Below are positions 58,897 to 61,978 of a stretch of DNA of 61,978 bases, piece after piece. The notes beneath the pieces are model-generated. The model had not been told where the DNA came from. It did no database searches and was given only the letters and a program-made list of their open reading frames with translations. Where the stretch lies: the IMG/VR virus record IMGVR_UViG_3300033153_003306, positions 1 to 61,978 of that record, one strand, 5' to 3'. Within the stretch, counting starts at the first letter, position 1. The number at the start of each line of letters is the position of its first letter. The position numbers and the translations under genes were made by a program. The DNA comes from a virus. Its lineage: Duplodnaviria > Caudoviricetes.

Positions 58897-59510
58897 TTAT
58901 TTTATTCCAAATCTACTGATAAACAGCTTATAAAGTTTAATTGTTGCTAAAACATCTGTTGTGGCATTATGCCAATTCATTTTTTCATTTGGAAAGAAGA
59001 ATTCGTAAATATCTGATAGTTTGTGTGCTCTAAATTGTTTTCCGATACTTTTTTCAATTAATGGTATTAAACACATAACATCTATTCTTCTGTTTTGAAA
59101 ATACTTGTAAAATTCTTTGTAGTATTTATCATACCCTGGAGATAAATCGTGTTTTGGGTTATACACTCTTGCGAAAAAGTTTACTAATTTATAAACATCA
59201 AAACAAGTATTGTAACCACCTAAAACTAATCGGTTGTAATAATCACTTTTATATTCATTTATAACACCTAAAAGTTTTCCCATAGCTACTTCTGGGGTAT
59301 CAAAATTCTTAATAGTTTCACGATTTAAATTATTTACTGCTAATGCTCGGTCTTGTATAATATCAAAATCGTAAGGTTGCATTTTTAAATCATACACATC
59401 TGTAAAGCCACCTTCCTCTTTTTCTATACAAAAAGAAAGTTGTATTATTTCGTGTTCGTGGTATAAACCTGTTGTTTCCGTCACGTATCGAACCAAAAAA
59501 CATCCGACAT
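58897..59510 (-). CDS. DEDDh 3'-5' exonuclease (DnaQ-like) interrupted by a 5-nt insertion/stop after codon 9
   Basis: GGAGG-ATG TCG GAT GTT TTT TGG TTC GAT ACG TGA CG GAA ACA ACA GGT; later GYN..FD and WHNATTDV motifs are intact. Confidence 0.75.
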
Positions 59511-59525
59511 AAGCACCTCCTTGTT

Positions 59526-59822
59526 TTATTTTTTAATTTTACTTTTTGCTATTTTATAATTTAATTCTTTTACAAACCATTCCACAGACTCCATAATTGT
59601 TTTGTTATCCTTAAAATATTCAAGAACACTTTTAACAAATTCAAATTCGACTATTTGATTTATTTCGTGTGTCATCACATCTTCATTTCCGTGAAAATGT
59701 TTAACATCCAAATCTGTAAACAATTCTTCATTAATTTTTACAAATTGTTTTTCTAAATTAAACTCAGGATGATTTTCAATCCATATTTTAAAGAATCCTT
59801 TATTTTCCATCTTTTTCTCCAT
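59526..59822 (-). CDS. Hypothetical protein
   Basis: ORF track. Confidence 0.5.
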   Translation of the reverse strand: MEKKMENKGFFKIWIENHPEFNLEKQFVKINEELFTDLDVKHFHGNEDVMTHEINQIVEFEFVKSVLEYFKDNKTIMESVEWFVKELNYKIAKSKIKK

Positions 59823-60088
59823 TATATTTCCTCCATTTTTTCAAAATTAATTTTAACTCTTTCTAATATTTCGTCTAAACTTGTAAACAAATCATAACTA
59901 CCATATCTATCACCATTTTTATTCTTATAAACTACCAATAACGGATTTGGCTCTTTGAATTGGTTTACAGAGTGTTCTATTTCTATATCTGTTATAAAAA
60001 ACTCTTCAATTTCCCCTTTTTTACCATCTTTAAACCTGTACACTGTGTCACCAGCGTTTGCAATAAATTTTGCGTTACTTTCCACCAT
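59822..60088 (-). CDS. Hypothetical protein
   Basis: GGAG RBS. Confidence 0.5.
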   Translation of the reverse strand: MVESNAKFIANAGDTVYRFKDGKKGEIEEFFITDIEIEHSVNQFKEPNPLLVVYKNKNGDRYGSYDLFTSLDEILERVKINFEKMEEI

Positions 60089-60089
60089 A

Positions 60090-61586
60090 TTACTTCTCCT
60101 TTAGTAAATTATCTATATTATAAATGTATTCATCTAACTTATCAGAATTATCTCTTGCAACTTTACGAACTTCAAACATTTGCTTAACAACCACAGGCAA
60201 TACACCTTTTATATCTTTTGTGTAGAACTCGCCATTTGGAGCCATAATTGCATTATTTTTAAGAAGTATACTTAATAGTCGATTACAGAACTCATTGTCG
60301 TGTAAAGCGATTAAATACTTTTTTAAGAATGCTTCTGTGTTTTCGTAACTTGCTGATTGATAACCTAGTGATTTTCGTAAGTCTAACATTTCTTCTGTAA
60401 GTTTTTCTTCTGTTATTAAAGTTTCGGGTGAAATATTCATTTGCATAATTTGGTGTGGGTAGCTACTAACAAGGTCAATTATAATTACATTATAATATCT
60501 TCCTGGACCATAAGGTAATGGTTTCGCAACATAACCACCAACAAAAGGTCTTTCAGTGTGTTTTTCAAATGGCAACATTCTTCCTTCTTTTCCCAAATAG
60601 TGATAAAGGTAACTATTCCATAATGCTTCACTGCTGTATATATCTTCGGGAAGTGCTTTCATAATGTTAGCCAATTCCATAGCTGTAATTAAAAGATGTT
60701 TCTTTTTATCAAGTCGCGCAAGTAATTCAACATCTTTTATGTTGTAATCTATAAAAGTTTCAAAATCGTCATCATACATTTTATAAAGTGGCACATCGTG
60801 TTCAATCTTACCTTCACTAAGTTCTTTCTGTGCACAATCTTCAAGTTTCATAAAACTTGTTTTAGTTTTTAAACCAGAGAAGAATATATACATCTCCATA
60901 TAATCTAAAACTTGAATAGTGTATAATTTACCAGTATAATTATTTACATTTTCTTCGTACCAATCTCTAATATAATGATTAATAGCTTTGTACTTAAATT
61001 TTATTCTATTAAGAATATATTGAACGTCGAAATTTTTAACATTCCACCCTGAAAGTATTTGAATTTGTTTGTTTGCGATTAATTTTAACATCATTTCGAT
61101 AAGATGTTCTTCGTTTACTGCTTGAAAATATTTTACATTTTTTTTCTTAGCTGTATATTCTTTTAAAGATAATGTATAATACACATCTTCTTGAACAGAA
61201 TATAATGTTACAGCATTTATTTTATATTCAGCTTTATCTGCTTCGGGAAATTTATCTTGTGTGTACACCTCAATATCTAAAAACCATGCATCAGGTGTTG
61301 AAATTACACTATCTTCACTAAATCGTTGTGCTATAAACTGATATGTAGGGTCAATAACACCACACAAATTATGTGGGAAATTCTTAACATGACTTCTATA
61401 ATCCCAAAGTTTGTTAAATACTAATTTCTCTACTTTATTTCCATATATATCTTTATAATTTCCATTGTGGGATAAAGTCCCAACCGTTGGTTTAAACCAA
61501 GTACTGCTTATTATAGTTTTACCTGTTTTTTCATCTTTGTAAGAAAAATAGATTTTACCTTTCTTCTGATAAACATTATAATACAA
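60090..61586 (-). CDS. Family B DNA polymerase, N-terminal subunit (gp43A-like: exonuclease + motif A; ends in the fingers)
   Basis: LDIEV, SGWN...FD, YNIKDV, DLVSSYP, NISPET; no motif B/C (KxxxNS.YG, YGDTDS). Confidence 0.88.
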   Translation of the reverse strand: MYYNVYQKKGKIYFSYKDEKTGKTIISSTWFKPTVGTLSHNGNYKDIYGNKVEKLVFNKLWDYRSHVKNFPHNLCGVIDPTYQFIAQRFSEDSVISTPDAWFLDIEVYTQDKFPEADKAEYKINAVTLYSVQEDVYYTLSLKEYTAKKKNVKYFQAVNEEHLIEMMLKLIANKQIQILSGWNVKNFDVQYILNRIKFKYKAINHYIRDWYEENVNNYTGKLYTIQVLDYMEMYIFFSGLKTKTSFMKLEDCAQKELSEGKIEHDVPLYKMYDDDFETFIDYNIKDVELLARLDKKKHLLITAMELANIMKALPEDIYSSEALWNSYLYHYLGKEGRMLPFEKHTERPFVGGYVAKPLPYGPGRYYNVIIIDLVSSYPHQIMQMNISPETLITEEKLTEEMLDLRKSLGYQSASYENTEAFLKKYLIALHDNEFCNRLLSILLKNNAIMAPNGEFYTKDIKGVLPVVVKQMFEVRKVARDNSDKLDEYIYNIDNLLKEK

Positions 61587-61611
61587 TATTTACTCCTAAA
61601 TTGTTTGTCGT

Positions 61612-61640
61612 AATATACTAAAAATTTGTTATCTTGTCAA
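61612..61640 (-). promoter_or_regulatory. Early promoter TTGACA-N17-TATATT upstream of the DNA polymerase subunit
   Basis: Exact boxes. Confidence 0.72.
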
Positions 61641-61967
61641 GTCTTTTTTTATAAGTTTCATATTTTTAGTTCCACATGTAACTTTATTTAAATCTAAATT
61701 GTTGAATTTGTCTAAAATGTGTGTACATACTTTATCAACTTTTCCACGGATAGGTTTCCAATTCATTAAAGTTGATATTTCGTGGGATTTCATTAAATTT
61801 ACGGATATATCTTTTAACATTTTATTCTCTTCATTAAACCCTTCTATTATAATAGCGATGTTTCCTGAGTCACAAATTACTGAATCAGGAAACCTTTTAT
61901 CCGCATTGTAAAACACTATGTTTAAATGTTTATATGGTTTTTCATAATAATCCACCCACATCGCCAA
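61629..61967 (-). CDS. Hypothetical protein (may extend beyond the window)
   Basis: ORF track. Confidence 0.4.
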   Translation of the reverse strand: MAMWVDYYEKPYKHLNIVFYNADKRFPDSVICDSGNIAIIIEGFNEENKMLKDISVNLMKSHEISTLMNWKPIRGKVDKVCTHILDKFNNLDLNKVTCGTKNMKLIKKDLTR

Positions 61968-61978
61968 TGCACCATACT

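Noticed and set aside
59481-59483. Genome-wide stop-codon reassignment (TGA read as sense)
   Set aside because: Read-through here gives a wrong frame that soon stops; other genes are full-length under code 11 and use TGA/TAG as stops
598-61911. Plus-strand ORFs in the track (e.g. 10000..10875, 54231..54980, 55279..55908)
   Set aside because: Antisense shadows of minus-strand genes with Ser/Leu/Phe-rich composition, no RBS and no motifs
1-61978. tRNA or rRNA genes
   Set aside because: Intergenic gaps are short and I recognised no cloverleaf/T-loop signatures; a tRNAscan run would be needed to exclude them formally

Overview
A very AT-rich 62-kb segment of a large T4-like (Tevenvirinae-related or jumbo) myophage genome, with essentially every real gene on the minus strand. 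It carries neck, baseplate and tail genes (gp13/14/15, gp26/51, gp27, gp5-OB, gp53, gp48, tube-fold paralogs, tape measure) and replication/recombination genes (N-half of a split gp43, gp32, gp41, gp44, UvsX/Y/W, NAD ligase, intein-containing NrdJ). It also has tRNA-repair enzymes (RtcB and a CCA-adding enzyme split by a GIY-YIG gene), auxiliary genes (panD, Hfq-like, PurA-like + vWA), four free-standing homing endonucleases, TATAAATA late promoters and a family of TTGACA-N17-TATATT promoters. The most striking unexplained element is a ~7-kb array (7.2-14.0 kb) of genes and polyproteins built from ~13 divergent domains. Each domain is preceded by the same tag, [ILV]xE|[GA]W[ED]DIDSxxLDDEE, i.e. 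a T4-prohead-protease-like cut site followed by a constant acidic/Trp peptide, which suggests a shufflable cassette system of virion-packaged, proteolytically released proteins. Other notable signals are a candidate ribosomal 'stop-hop' in a DEDDh exonuclease, a -1 frameshift in the tail chaperone, and a homing endonuclease that appears to have replaced the 5' end of the clamp-loader gene. All assignments come from motif recognition by eye; no database searches were run.
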